A DNA stretch of 64,000 bases from Octopus sinensis (GCF_006345805.1 NC_043007.1:20646001-20710000), one strand, 5' to 3'. Counted from the first letter of the stretch, positions 1 through 12,787 are shown. The notes: generated from the letters alone by a model not told the origin. A program made the numbers and translations.

Positions 1-106
1 CTTTTTAACGTGCCATTGCTTGTTGCTCTGGCAACGATCTCACTCGCATGGTACTCTTAGTGCTCCACTAGCAACTGATGCCAGATCATCTTGTCTTATA
101 GATTAA

Positions 107-425
107 GGCATGTGGCTTAGCGGTTAGGGTAATTGGTTCAAGATCATAAGGTTATGAGTTCAATACCAATGGTATGTTGTGTCCTTGAGCAAGACACTTT
201 ATTCTGCATTGCTCCAGTCCACTCAGCTGGTAAAAATGAATTGAACCTATATTTCGAAAGGCCAGCCTTTTCACATCCTGTGTCATTCCGAATCTCCCCG
301 AAGACGACATTAAGGTTACGCATGTCTGTGGAGTACTCAGCCTCTTGTACGTTAATTTCATGAGCAGGTTGTTCCATTGATCAGATCGACTGGAACTCTT
401 GCCATCGTAACTGACAGAGTGCCTA
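107..425 (+). mobile_element. tRNA-derived SINE with CORE-like segment
   Basis: A/B boxes (TGGCTTAGCGG; GAGTTCAATAC) and GTGTCCTTGAGCAAGACACTT. Second copy at ~28700-28955. Confidence 0.75.
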
Positions 426-835
426 AGTTAAAGCTCTGTATTGAAAATACTTTGATAAATATTTGCTGATAAGATGAAGAAATATTGAGAGCTAATACAA
501 ATTTGGTCAATTGTTTACAACAGATGCAAACAATAGGATCTGAAACTACTTAAACAAGCATTAGAGCAAGTCGGTGCATGCTGCAAAAAAAAAAAAAATC
601 AATTATGAGTAATTCTATGGATGACAAACTATTTCTTCTGAAAATTCATTTGAATTATGAGTAAGAGCATCATTCACAGTCTGTGGATAGGAAAGGCATG
701 CAGTATGACAAAAATTGATATGAATATTTTTATAGTTTGAAGATTCAAGTATAGGACACTACAAGAACATACAAGGCGGGGGGTGGGGGTGTCACAAAGC
801 AGCAGTTTTTTTTTTCAATAAAGCACTGTATGTAA

Positions 836-1215
836 GGCAGTCACGGCCCATGTTTCACTGCCATGAAGCATGGCGGTTCACACACATGCATCATACAATC
901 TACCTTTCACTCTGAGCGAGAGGCCCTTTGTCACCAGTAGGGGTAGAAGCTTTCTAAACTTTGCCCAGGCTATGCTTATTCAAGTGGTAACACTCTCTGA
1001 GCATCCACCTCCACTACTAACTTGGTCACCTAGGTAGCAGAAGCTATCAACTACTTCTAGTTTCTCCCCCTGGAGTGTGATGGAATCTGTTTTCTGGGCA
1101 TCTTTGGTGTTTATTGCCCCTGTGCATCTGCCGCACATGAAAGCTGTCTTCTCAGTTAATTTTCCTTTGATGTTGCTGAACCTTTTATGTGTCCATAGCT
1201 TACACTGGGTACAAC
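836..1215 (-). pseudogene. RTE-clade LINE ORF fragment (Cys-rich insert plus end of RT)
   Basis: CTQCKLWTHKR..CGRC..EVVDSFCYLGDQVSSGGGC, then WAKFRKLLPLLVTKGLSLRVKGRLYDACV after a stop. Confidence 0.85.
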
Positions 1216-1514
1216 TTATGGAGTTCCTATCTACACCTTTTCTACACACATACACACGCATATATATATATAATTGAAAATTCTTTTACTTGTTTCAGTC
1301 ATTTGACTGCAGCCATGATGGTGCACTGCCTTAAAGTTAGAGAAATTGACCCCAGGACTTATTTTTGTAAGCCTAGTTCTTATTCTATCAGGTTTTTGCT
1401 GAACCACTAAGTTACAGGGACCTAAACACACTAGCATCAGTTATCAGGGAATGGCGGGAGACAAACACAGACACATGCACATAAATATATACATACATAC
1501 ATACATACATATAT

Positions 1515-1730
1515 AGATAGAGTTATTCCAAACATGAAAGCACAAAAAAACACAACAACGCGAGGACATGGAACAAATATAGTATTATTGGACGCTCAGG
1601 AAAGAAGGAAAGAAGGAGGGTTTAGCATTTCGAGTGGAGCTCTTCGTCGGAAACATATGAGAAGGAAAGATCAAAGGAAGGGAAGACAGAGGAAAAAAAA
1701 TCGCCAACGGTACACACGAGGCCACATTTT
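1515..1730 (-). mobile_element. Penelope-derived non-autonomous element (family 2) inside the microsatellite of a CORE-SINE
   Basis: Carries the hammerhead at 1620-1654. A deleted homolog lies at ~30030-30150. Confidence 0.55.
1620..1654 (-). ncRNA. Decayed hammerhead motif, second family
   Basis: GTTT-CCGACGA-A-GAGC-TCC-ACTC-GAAA-TGC-T-AAAC; stem I GTTT/AAAC. Confidence 0.55.
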
Positions 1731-1900
1731 GATATGTACGATGGGCTGCTTTTAGTTTCCATTTACCAAATCCACTCACAAGGATTTGGTTGGCCCAAAG
1801 CTATAGTAAAAGACACTTGCCCAAGGTGCTGCGCTGTGGGACTGAACCTAGAACCATGTGGTTGGGAAGCAAGCTACTTACTACACAGCCATGCCAGTTC

Positions 1901-1937
<37 letters not shown>

Positions 1938-2501
1938 ATATATATGCATGCATATATATATATATATATACATGCATGCATGTATGTATGTATATATGTA
2001 TGTATGTATGTATGTATATAAGTATGTATTATTTATGTATGTATGTAAAATGTATCATTGTATATATGATATATAATATATAATACTTATTTTGGAGCTG
2101 AGAGAACCAAAAACACACATCACCACCACCACCATCATCATCATCATTATCATCATCATCATCACCACCACCACCATCATCACCATCATCACCACAACCA
2201 TAATTATCCCCATCACCAGCAGCGTTGTTGTTACCGTGTAGCTATAAATTCTTGGCAACGTGAGGCAGCAATTCAATTTGGATTTCCAGTTGCAAACCAA
2301 TTTAATACTTTTCTAATACCTTCGGCAAATACTTCTCTGTACCAATTTCCTATTTTGCCGTTCCTCTTAACTCTCAGGCCAGACTTCATGCCTAATTAAT
2401 AAATCATTATTATAAGCATTACAATAGGATTTTTTGTTTTTTTCAAAGTACCTTTTATTTTTCCCAGTTTACCATCAATTTTGTGTGTGAGTGTATGTGT
2501 A

Positions 2502-2546
<45 letters not shown>

Positions 2547-2995
2547 TTTGTGTATTGTGTGTGCAAATGTGTGCTTGTATTTGTGTGTGTGCGTGTGAGG
2601 ATGCATGATGGGTGCCAATGTATACAGTGTATACGTCTAAATTGGTTGTATATACATAATATATATACATACATTTATTCCGCCCCACTCAGTGTTCCCC
2701 TCTCTCTCTCCCTCTCTCCCTCCTTTGGTTCTTTACCTACTCCCTTTCATACTTACTCTTCTCTTTACTTCTCTCACAGTTCTTCTGACAATTACCACTT
2801 CCACTGCACTCCAATCTCATGATTCCACTCTCTTATTCTGTCTTTCCAATTGAAGAATTCATTGAAGACAGAAGCTCTTGAATTCTTGTCTTTGTATCCA
2901 ACCCTATGAGGCCTTTGTCTTTTGCACTGCTACTCCGTGAGTGTTGCTTTTTCCATGCCTCACTAAAAGACTATTGCTTGTATGTGTATATATGG

Positions 2996-3031
<36 letters not shown>

Positions 3032-3189
3032 GTATTATTTAGAGGCAGTAATGATGATAAACAGTTAGGTCTGATATAAATATATCTCTTATTTCTCACT
3101 CCTTAGAATTAAAAAAGGTAAAAGATGGACATAGCTTAGGAAAAGACGAAAAGATTGTTAACCATCTGCTGTTCTTGGATGACCTAAAG

Positions 3190-3838
3190 CAGTTGTTCTC
3201 AACTAGGGTCCACATTATCCTTGGAGGTCCATATAAAATTTAATTGTTAAAAGTAATACACAATAAATTGGTTATATTTCTGTAGCACAAAAAATATTTT
3301 AACAATTTTTAAAATTCAGTTTCTTATAATATCTCTCTATATATAAAGCTGAAGTTGTCTGTGTATAGCAGGTTTGGTAGCCTTCAACTAACACTATCTC
3401 CTCCGAGACCCTGCGGCGCAAGTTGACCAAAATTGAGAGTATGAGAGAAGAAGGCTTGCTCTTCCTTCCGTAGAAGAAAAAATTCAAATCGGACCATGTT
3501 AACACCAAAAATTATTTACATCAAAAAGGTGCTTTTTTTCTATGAAAATCCCTATTTTTTACCATTTTTTTACCGCTGTGTCGCCATTTTTCGGTGTAAT
3601 TCAACCAGAAAAATGTTCACTTAAAGAGAATAACAAGCTACATAATGCCAAATTTTTACTTTTCAAAAATTCCAATTCTAAAGGGTTGAAACAAATCCGA
3701 GCAACGCTGAGTGATACTGTTAGTTTAATTATAAAAATATAATGGGATCTTTTTAAAACTTCAAATGGCTATGGAGGTCCAGTAGAATAAAGCAGGAATC
3801 AAAGTGGTCCACAGGCAAAAAATGGTTGAGAATTACTG
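3190..3838. mobile_element. hAT-type MITE
   Basis: TIRs CAGTTGTTCTCAAC / GTTGAGAATTACTG; 8-bp TSD ACCTAAAG / ACCAAAAG. Confidence 0.75.
3332..3723 (+). mobile_element. Non-autonomous Helitron inside the hAT MITE
   Basis: 5' TC..TATATAAAG and 3' CGAGCAACGCTGAGTGATACTGTTAG|T. Homologs at 37564-37963(-), 42668-43336(-), and a 5' fragment at ~38278-38325. Confidence 0.75.
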
Positions 3839-4151
3839 ACCAAAAGTTATACAATAGGACTAAGAGGGAATTGGAGATCTTGTCAAATACTGTAAGAGTG
3901 TTTAGCAATGATATTAGAATGGAATTTGAAATTCTTTGTGTAGAGCTCTTGTGATGAAGAAAAGGAAATACTGTAAAAGTTGCCTAATTAAGAATAAAAG
4001 CAGAAGATTCACACAGATAATTGATATAGATATGTGGGAGTCTTGGGAACTGGTGGTTTAAAGAATAAAGCAATGAAAAATAATGACAGGAAAGAATATT
4101 TCCAAAGGATAAAGAAGAATACTAAAATCCAAATTCAGTAGTATAAATACC

Positions 4152-4382
4152 TATTTCTTTATTACCCACAAGGGGCTAAACACAGAGGGGACAAACAAAG
4201 ACAGACATAGGTATTAAGTCGATTACATCAACCCCAGTGCATAACTGGTACTTAATTTATCGACCCCGAAAGGATGAAAGGCAAAGTCGACCTCGGCAGA
4301 ATTTGAACTCACAACGTAACGGCAGACGAAATACCGCTAAGCATTTCGCCCAGCGTGCTAACGTTTCTGCCAGTTCGCCGCC
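4152..4382 (-). mobile_element. tRNA-derived SINE with Nin-like domain
   Basis: GGCGGCGAACTGGCAGAAACGTTAGC head and GCCTTTCATCCTTTCGGGGTCGATAAATTAAGTACCAG domain; 18-bp TSD. Other copies at ~7190-7622(+, tandem), 8790-9015(-), 22115-22700(+, three in tandem), 24170-24320(+), 27440-27672(-), 38960-39385(-, tandem), 53805-54045(+), 56420-56653(+), 63975-64000(+). Confidence 0.8.
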
Positions 4383-4842
4383 TTCAGTGGTCTAAATACC
4401 ATCACTGCCATCCACAGAAGAGCTGTATCTATCATCATGTACAGTGCTAGACTAGCCAAGTGGACAAAAGAAGACCCTGAGAACGTAAATAGAAAAACAA
4501 GGAAATTGCTGACAATCTAGTGGGTTACATCCACAGGCAGATGTTGACAGAGTGTTTTTCAATAGAAAGGATGGTTTAAGAAGATTAATAAGTGTAAAAA
4601 AACTGTGTGGAAGTAGAAGTAGAGAGGTTAAGGAAGTACATTGCTGACAGTGAAGAGGTACTTTTGATAGCAGTAAGAAGAGAAGATATGTCAGCAGAAG
4701 GAAGGGAAAAAAGTGAAGTTCCCAGAGTTAGAAAGCAAAAACACAAAGAGAAAAGCTTACATTATAAGTTGTTTTTCTTTTTTTTTCAAAATAATGAAGG
4801 ATAATGAAATCAAGTAATTTCAGTGGCTAAAAAAAGGGATTG

Positions 4843-5665
4843 TTAACTCTTTCATTACCAATTTGGCTGAAACGGCTCTGGCTCTGAGTACTGCGATAAG
4901 CTCCTAGACTGCCGATTCGCCTAGAGGAAGAAATATATATATTGTGAATCTAGAAATAAAATATTTATGCTGTTGAAGTTAATCGGAAGTCTTGACTCTT
5001 TCTTCGATTAATATTTAATGTAAAGGATGTGAGCTACACCCATCCAGTGCGGGGACCTCTCATCCTGTTACACAATTAAAATCTTCCTCCAAACCTTAGT
5101 CATAATTTATGTTCCTAACACTAACTTAATGATAACTAAATTATTTTACTAAATTCTTTGTTATATTTAAAGCAAATGAAAGAAACACAGAGCATCTCAA
5201 AATAAATACAGTAACGAAAGGGTCAATCATCTCTTTGAGAGTTGGCAGGAACTGTTGACCAGCAAGAGATAAAACCATACGCTGCTGGAAATCCTTATCC
5301 ATTCTTTGGCTTCCAAAAGCTTCAGCTCACCTTCAGATTTCCAGTTTGGGAAGGGAAATATTATTACAGATACTCAGTTTATTAAAAGCAGGGGTTCCCT
5401 TTTATTTTTATATAATTTATATTTTATTCTAGTCGTTAAACTGTTTCGTTACCAACCCAGCTGAAACCGGCTCTGGCTCTGAGTACAAATGTCTTGTTTT
5501 CATAAGTTCTGAATTAAAATCTTCCACCAAACCTTAGTCACAATTTATGTTCCTAACACTAGCTGAATGATAACTAAGTTATTTTACTAACTTCTTTGTT
5601 ATATTTAAAATTAACTGAAAGAAATACTGAGCATCTCAAAATAAATACAGTAACCAAAGGGTTAA
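4843..5665 (+). mobile_element. piggyBac-type twin-MITE composite, copy 1
   Basis: TTAA|C(T/C)CTTTC.TTACC ... GTAAC.AAAGGG|TTAA termini; two ~225-bp MITEs enclosing a ~215-bp spacer. Confidence 0.75.
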
Positions 5666-7863
5666 AAGGTTAAAAACAAAATCAGCCTTCTTCAAGTGCC
5701 TGTTATCTTCAGTATTCAGTTCCAAATGTCCGGAACATTATTGAATACACCAGGCACTTTTAGAAGGCTGGAAGGTATAATGGTCAAAACGTTGTGTCTA
5801 TACTACCAAGATGAGGACCTGTATATCATCATCATCGTTTAACGTCCGCTTTCCATGCTAGCATGGGTTGGACGGTTCGACTGGGGTCTGGGAAGCCAGG
5901 AGGCTGCACCAGGTCCCAATCTGATCTGGCAGTGTTTCTACAGCTTGATGCCCTTCCTAACACCAACCACTCCAAGAGTGTAGTGGGTGCTTTTTACGTG
6001 CTACCGGTACAGGTGCCAGGCAAGGCTGGCAATGGCCCAGAATCAGTTGGTGCTTTTTACGTGCCACCGGCATGGAGGCCAGTCAAGGCAGCGCTAGCTT
6101 CTAAATTAATGACAAGCACAATTCTTATTCTTGAGAAGAGCTCCAACTCCACCATCTTACTTGTTTTTTCCTATTTCTCCAAATTACTCACCTTCCATTT
6201 TTCCCAATACAATATTAATTGCATCAGACGAACTTCCCATCTAATATTTCATGCTAATGCTGCTGCTCTGCCTTCCATAAAAGCAGGCTATAATTACATT
6301 AAACTATCAAATTATGGATTAAGTCCTTCGAAATCTCCTCTGAATGCTCGGTAATAGCGAAGGTCTCTCTTGGACAGAGTTTCTTCTTTCAACAGCAATG
6401 TATTCCTCCTCCTCCTCCTCATCATCATCATCATCATCGTCGTCATCGTCACCATCATCATCATCACCACCACCACCACCACCACCACCACCACACTAAC
6501 ACTATGCTCTTCACTCATTAATGATGTTAGCTAATCTTCCATTCTGTTTGTTTTCTTCTTTTACTTCACAGTCAATGATGTCATCATCGTCATCATCATC
6601 ATCGTTGTCGTCATCGTCATCATCATCATCATCATCGTTGTCGTTATTGTCATCATCGTTATCTTCATTTTTGACATTATCCTTATTCTCATCATCTTCC
6701 TCAATATCATTATCCTTCTCGTCATCATCCTCACCACCACCACCACCACCACCCCTGACCCTCATTGTCAGCATGGAGAATGGACATTAGGTGATGATGA
6801 TGATCATGAAAACGAAATATATTCATACACACGCAAACACACATACATGCATACAATCATACACACGCACACATGGCCCCCTAAACTACATAACATTAAC
6901 AAAAGCTTGACCCCAAACGACAGACTTTTTTCCTCTTCAAGGCGAGAAAATACTTGCTGAACCCTTAGAAAACCCTATTAACAGTGATATTAAAATGTTG
7001 CTGCTTATCATCATTAAGGGATGTTGGCTCCTTACATTGACAAGATTTTGGTAAATAGTCTGTGAGGTACCACACTGTAGTTGTCAGCTGAGTGTTAAAT
7101 GAAGTGTCTTCCTTGCCCAGTGACCCTAATATTCTGCTTGATCTAGGAATTGAACCACTGGGCTATATATGCCTTCACAGTATTGCTGTCAGGCAAGCTG
7201 GCAGAATCGTTAGCACACCGGGTGAAATGCGTAGCCGTATTTTGTCTGCCGAAAGTAAAGAAATGGGTATTTCATCTGCCTTTACGTTCTGAGTTCAAAT
7301 TCCGCCAAGGTCGATTTTGCTTTTCATCCTTTCAGGGTCGATAAATTAAGTACCAGTTATGCACTGGGATCGATGTAATCGACTTAATCCGTTTGTCTGT
7401 CCTTCTTTGTCCCCTCTGTGGGTAGTAAAGAAATAGGTATTTCGTCTGTCTTTACGTTCTGAGTTCAAATTCCGCTGAGGTCGACATTGCCTTTCATCCT
7501 TTCGGGGTCGATAGATTAAGTACCAGTTGCAAAATGGGGTCGATGTAATTGACTTAATCAGTTTGTCTGTCCTTGTTTGTCCCCTCTGTGTTTAGCCCCT
7601 TGTGGGTAGTAAAGAAATAGGCATTGTTGTCATGCGGATAAAAACAACCTTGTTTTTGTTGCTATCTGAATGACTTCTCGTTTTCACTTGTCCCCTGCAT
7701 TCACAAACCCCATTTCACCACCATGCATCATTGCTTTTCACACACGACCATTATATAATCTGCTTTTCACTTTGAGAAAGAGAAAGAGAGAGAAGAGAGG
7801 CTGGGAGGGGTGGGTTTGTTGCCAACAGAAGTAACAGAAGCCAGTTTGTATTCTCCAGTTGGT

Positions 7864-8106
7864 TCATATTCTGGCAACGATAGTTTCAAAACATCTTCCT
7901 CCACTGCTAATTAGGTCACCTAAATAACAGAAACTATCTATTACCTCTAAAGATCCTCCTGGGTATTCTAGAAAATCTATTTCCTGTGCGCTCTTAGCAT
8001 TTATTGATCCTGTGCACCTGAGACAAACAAAGTCTATTTTCTCTGTTAATCTCTGTGTGATTCCACTAGATTCCAATGCACCTTTTTTTGCATCTTTGGT
8101 TTGCAA
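7864..8106 (-). pseudogene. RTE LINE ORF fragment
   Basis: FVCLRCTGSIN..LEVIDSFCYLGDLISSGGRC. Confidence 0.75.
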
Positions 8107-8109
8107 TGG

Positions 8110-9425
8110 AAGAATATGAAGGAGTTTCTACTTACATATTTTCTACATTTCTTTGTGCAACATGTGGTCGAACTTTGCCTTGCAAGAGAATTGGCCTGTC
8201 TCTATTGACCAATCTCAGTAGTGGAGGCACATGGCCTAGTGGTTAGAGAAGCGGACTCGCGGTCGAGAGATCACGGGTTCGAATCTCAGACCAGGCGATG
8301 TGTGCGTTTATGAGCGAAACACCTAAGCTCCACGCGGCTCTTGCAGAAGGTAATGGCGAACTTCTGCTGACTCTTTCGCCACAACTTTGACTCTTTCCTC
8401 CTGCATCTAGCAGCTCACCTGCGATGGACCGGCATCCCGTCCAGGTGGGGAACCTATATGCCAAGGAAACTGGGAAACCGGCCCTTATGAGCCAGGCGTG
8501 GCTCGAGAAGGAACAAAAAACCAATCTTGATTGTTTAATTGCAAGTTCACTTATCATTTTATCCAATTGGTTGATGTATACATCCACTGTAATTGACTTA
8601 CCAGGTCTCATGAATCTGTTGTGGATGACACCAGCAATGGACCACCAAACAGACACCATTAGCGTTTTTTGGTGAATATTCTTTTTTGGATTGTGTTTTG
8701 GCACTTTGTCTCTATCCAACTACCATGTAGAATGCTTGCTAATGTTGAAAAGAATCCATTTTTCATCACGCGTAACAATACCTTTATCTTTACTACCTAC
8801 AAGGTACTACCTACAGAGAGGACAAACAAGGACAGACAGACGGATTAAGTCGATTATATCGACCCCAGTGCGTAACTGGTACTTAATTTATTGACCCCGA
8901 AAGGATGAAAGGCAAAGTCGACCTCAGCAGAATTTGAACTCAGAACGTAATGGCAGACGAAATACCGCTAAGCATTTTGCCTGGCGTGCTTACGTTTCTG
9001 CCAGCTCACCGCCGTATTTTTCATCACATGTAACAATACCAGGCAAAAATGGTTTGCTTTTATGTCACGACAGCAAAGAACAGCAAGATTCAAGACAACG
9101 TATCATTTGATGCTCATTCAGATTATATGTGATACCCGCTTGTCCAGCTTCTTTACCATGCTGCTAACTTACACGTAGTTTGAAATGTAACCACTCCCAC
9201 TCCAGTTTCCAGTTCATAATTATCCACCTTGGTCTCAGGTCTACCACAGGGCTGATTTTCAAGAGTAAAGTCACCAGACCGGAACTTTTCAAACCCTTGA
9301 CGTACAGTGTGCTCATTTGCTACATCTTAACCTAACACTTCATTAATGTTTCAAGCTGTCTGGGATGCATTAGTTCCACGACGGAACTCATATTCATAAA
9401 CAACACGAGTTTTTTATCTATCCAT
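8110..9425 (-). pseudogene. Mariner (Hsmar/SETMAR-like) transposase pseudogene interrupted by two SINEs
   Basis: ATG at 9425, then EYEFRRGTNASQTA, FEKFRSGDFTLEN, VKKLDK, IVTRDEKWILF, HQKTLMVSVWW..GVIH, YINQLDKM; contains stops and frameshifts. Confidence 0.85.
8220..8520 (+). mobile_element. tRNA-derived SINE with V-like domain
   Basis: Head GGAGGCACATGGCCTAGTGG..GGTTCGAATC and CCTGCGATGGACCGGCATCCCGTCCAGG. Other copies at ~22755-23010, 44296-44600, 44647-44955 and 56262-56830 (interrupted). Confidence 0.75.
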
Positions 9426-9855
9426 GGGTTCACAAAAATTGATTTACCAGAGGAAACTCACAATATAATCAGACACCATGAATTGCATTTTGAAAAGTGA
9501 TGATGTAACTCTTCAATGTTGTAAAACAAAGAAATGTCAGGATAAAACATTAGAGTTAGTGACTGTCAAACTTGGTGCTTAAGAAAATCGGACATTGCAT
9601 TCTTAATGACCTGATATGTATGTATGTGTCTGTGGGGGGGGGGGTACATGTGTGTATGTATGTATTTGTATGTATGTTTGTATGTATGTATGTAAGCATG
9701 TATGTATGTCTGTGTATGTGTGAGTGTTTATATGTATGTATGTATGTCATTATTCAGTTTATTTCAAGATTTCTTGCCAATAGAGAAAGAATTGGTTTCT
9801 AACCTAGATCCAAGGCTTCTTCATCGGAATTTCAACATCAACAACAGGGTATTCT

Positions 9856-9886
<31 letters not shown>

Positions 9887-9914
9887 TGTATGTATGTATG
9901 TGTGCATGTGTGTA

Positions 9915-10430
9915 TGTGAGGGGTGCTGAAAAGTTCCTGGCTTTGGCTAAAAAGAAATACAAGAGAATCAGATAATTATGATTTTATTCAACATATCACC
10001 TTCTCAGATTCACACATTTATTGCAGTGGTCCTTCGGTTTTTCCAGGCCCTGTAAAAGAACTTGGAAGGTTGGGCTTCCAGCCAGGTTTTAAAATAAGTT
10101 CTGGGTCAATTTGTTAGGCTAAAACTCTTCAAAGCGGTGCCACAACATGACCTCAGTCTAATGACATATGCGTGTATGTATAAATGTGTGTATATCTGTG
10201 AGAAATGTACATACAATGGAGTGCTGAAAAGTTCTTGGCTTTAAGGGTATTGGGAAAGGCCTGGTTGGAGGCCCAACCTTCTCAGTTGTTTTACAGGGCT
10301 TAGAAAAACTGAAGGACCGCTGCAATAAGTGTGTGAATCTGAGAGGGGAGTATGTTGAATAAAATCATAATTAAATGATCCTTCTGTATTTTCTTTTACT
10401 CAAAGCCTTGAACTTTTCAGCACCTCTTTT
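9915..10430. mobile_element. Two inverted mariner-derived MITEs
   Basis: TIR GGGGGTGCTGAAAAGTTCCTGGCTTT / AAAGCCTTGAACTTTTCAGCACCTC; internal remnant of the mariner C-terminus (DRCNKCVNLRGEYVE*). Confidence 0.7.
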
Positions 10431-10487
10431 GTATATGTCTGTGTACATATACTCATATACACACATTGATGTGTATATAAGTATTCT

Positions 10488-11150
10488 TTAACCCTTTCGT
10501 TACCAACCTGGCTGAAACCAGCTCTGGATCTGTAGTACAAATGTCTTGTTTCCATAAGTTTTGAATTAACATCTTCCACCAAACCTTAGTCACAATTTAT
10601 GTTCCTAACACTAGCTTAATGATAACCAAGTTATTTTACTAAATTCTTTGTTATTTTTAAAGTAACTGAAAGAAACACAGATCATCTCAAAATAAATACA
10701 GTAACGAAAGGGTCAATCATCCCTTTGAGAGTTGGCAAGAACTGTTGACCAGCAAGAGATAAAACCATATGCTGCTGGAAACCCTTATCCATTCTTTGGC
10801 TTCCAAAAGCTTCAGCTCACCTTCAGATTTCCAGTTTGGGCAGGGAAATATTATTACAGTTATTAAGTTTATCAAAAGCAGGGGTTCCCTTTTATTTTTA
10901 TTTATTTATTTTATATTTTATTCTAGTTGTTTCTTTACCAACCTGGCTGAGACTGGCTCTGGCTCTGAGGTAAAATGTCTTGTTTCCATAAGTTCTGAAT
11001 TAAAACCTTCCACCAAACCTTAGTCACAGTTTATGTTCCTAACACTAACTGAACGATAACTAAGTTATTTTACTAAATTCTTTGTTATATTTAAAGTAAT
11101 TGAGAGAAACACAGAACATCTCAAAATAAATGTAGTAATGAAAGGGTTAA
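10488..11150 (+). mobile_element. piggyBac-type twin-MITE composite, copy 2
   Basis: Same MITE-spacer-MITE order as 4843-5665, TTAA at both ends, different flanks. Confidence 0.75.
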
Positions 11151-11465
11151 TCCATCAACTGGATGCTGACTAGTGTACATGTTTCTTGCATTTGATTACA
11201 GCATATCTTTTTGACCTCAGTGGTTCAGCACAGACTGTTTTAAACAGAGCAAGTAATTTACAGTGATAGCAATCTTGATGGAAGTGTAATTATCCTTTCC
11301 AAAGTGATTCCAGACTGAGGCAACATAGTCATGCGCTTTGCTTAAAGGATTTGCATGATCTCATGACAGTCGTCCAGTAATCTGTCTTCTCAATTACTTA
11401 AACTGCATAGCATTATTCAAATATATTATAAGCGTATACTTATATACACACTCACACACACATAT

Positions 11466-11551
<86 letters not shown>

Positions 11552-11589
11552 CTGACACATATGTGCTTATATACATATATGTATACATG

Positions 11590-11635
<46 letters not shown>

Positions 11636-12218
11636 AATCATCATCATCATCATCATCATATCATCATCATCATCATCATCCTCATCATCCTTTAATGACC
11701 GTTTTCCATGCTGGCATGGAACGAATGGTTTCACCAGAGCTGGCAAGGCTGGAGAGCTGCACCAGGTTCCAGTCTCATTTGGCTTGGTTTCTACGGCTGG
11801 ATGCCCTTCCTAAATACTTTTATATATATATGTCTGTGTGTGTGTGTATGTGTGTGTGATACATATGTATGTTTGTGTGTGTGTGTGTGTGTGTATATAT
11901 CGTTTTTTCCATCCTTGTTTTCGTATACATTCGCTGCTTCTTCCAAGGAATCTGATGCTCTTAGCTTAGTTTTTCCTTGGGACTGGCCAGATTGGAGCAA
12001 TCTTAAGAATAATCAGCCGAGATTGTGAGGATAATCTGGTACTTGACTGAGGCTAGAGGGCTTCGAATGACCCGTCCTTGTTTTCTTTGTGTCTTCTATC
12101 TGGATGTTTTGTTGTCCCTTTTTGTGTCATCTAGCTGTCCGGATGTTTTACCTCTTGTCCCATTTTGTATTTTATATATATATATATATAGCGTCATACA
12201 TACACTTTGCTCTCTTAT

Positions 12219-12304
<86 letters not shown>

Positions 12305-12483
12305 GTGTGTGTTGTGTGTGGTGTGTGTGTGTATAGTAACAAGTAAGAAGGGCTTAATACCTCTAAGGGACAATAAATCTAGAGTTGCTCCTGGCTATTA
12401 CCTGAGTAGGTACATTCTTTTGTAAGGTTGTGTGGTAGCAAGTGGTTTGTTTGGTAAACTGGAGTTTAGGTTATATAGGGGAA

Positions 12484-12675
12484 GAAAATGGATAAAATAA
12501 CAATGGGAAACTCATGGTTTACACTGGTATGTCTTTGATTAAATAGGTTACAAAAAAGGAAGAACCAGAGATAAGGTTAGCTACCCTCATCTCTGCTTCA
12601 TCCTTCTTTGTAACCTTTTAATCAAAGACATGCCACGTAAACCATGAGTTTCCCATTGTTATTTTATCCATTTTC
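12484..12675. repeat. Foldback element (~90-bp arms, ~8-nt loop)
   Basis: GAAAATGGATAAAATAACAATGGGAAACTCATGGTTTAC.. is mirrored by ..GTAAACCATGAGTTTCCCATTGTTATTTTATCCATTTTC. Confidence 0.85.
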
Positions 12676-12713
12676 TCTCATATATATATATATATAAATA
12701 AATATATACATAT

Positions 12714-12787
<74 letters not shown>

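Larger units (their letters stand above)
1280..1895 (-). mobile_element. CORE-SINE (octopus OR2-like) with central microsatellite
   Basis: Head TGGCTGTGT..AAGTAGCTTG, CORE-like GCACCTTGGGCAAGTGTCTT, tail GCAGTCAAATGACTGAAACAAGTAAAAG. Other copies at ~14622-15055(+), 18862-19495(+), 24325-24450(+), 32297-32500(+), 35808-36230(+), 38330-38945(-), 39390-39600(-), 40110-40460(+), 40480-40890(+), 43575-43985(-). Confidence 0.8.
3095..4790 (+). pseudogene. R4/Dong-clade non-LTR retrotransposon RT fragment, interrupted by nested insertions
   Basis: KIVNHLLFLDDLK at ~3150-3189 resumes after the MITE as LYNRTKRELEILSNTVRVFSNDIRMEF. Later segments resemble the conserved post-RT region (KWTKE..NRKTRKLLTI..HP.ADVDRV; VEVERLRKYIADSEEVLL). 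Confidence 0.75.

Noticed and set aside
8220-8300. SINE heads as functional tRNA genes (also 107, 14622, 24952, 44296, 56262)
   Set aside because: They have A/B boxes but incomplete cloverleaves and are joined to repeat bodies.
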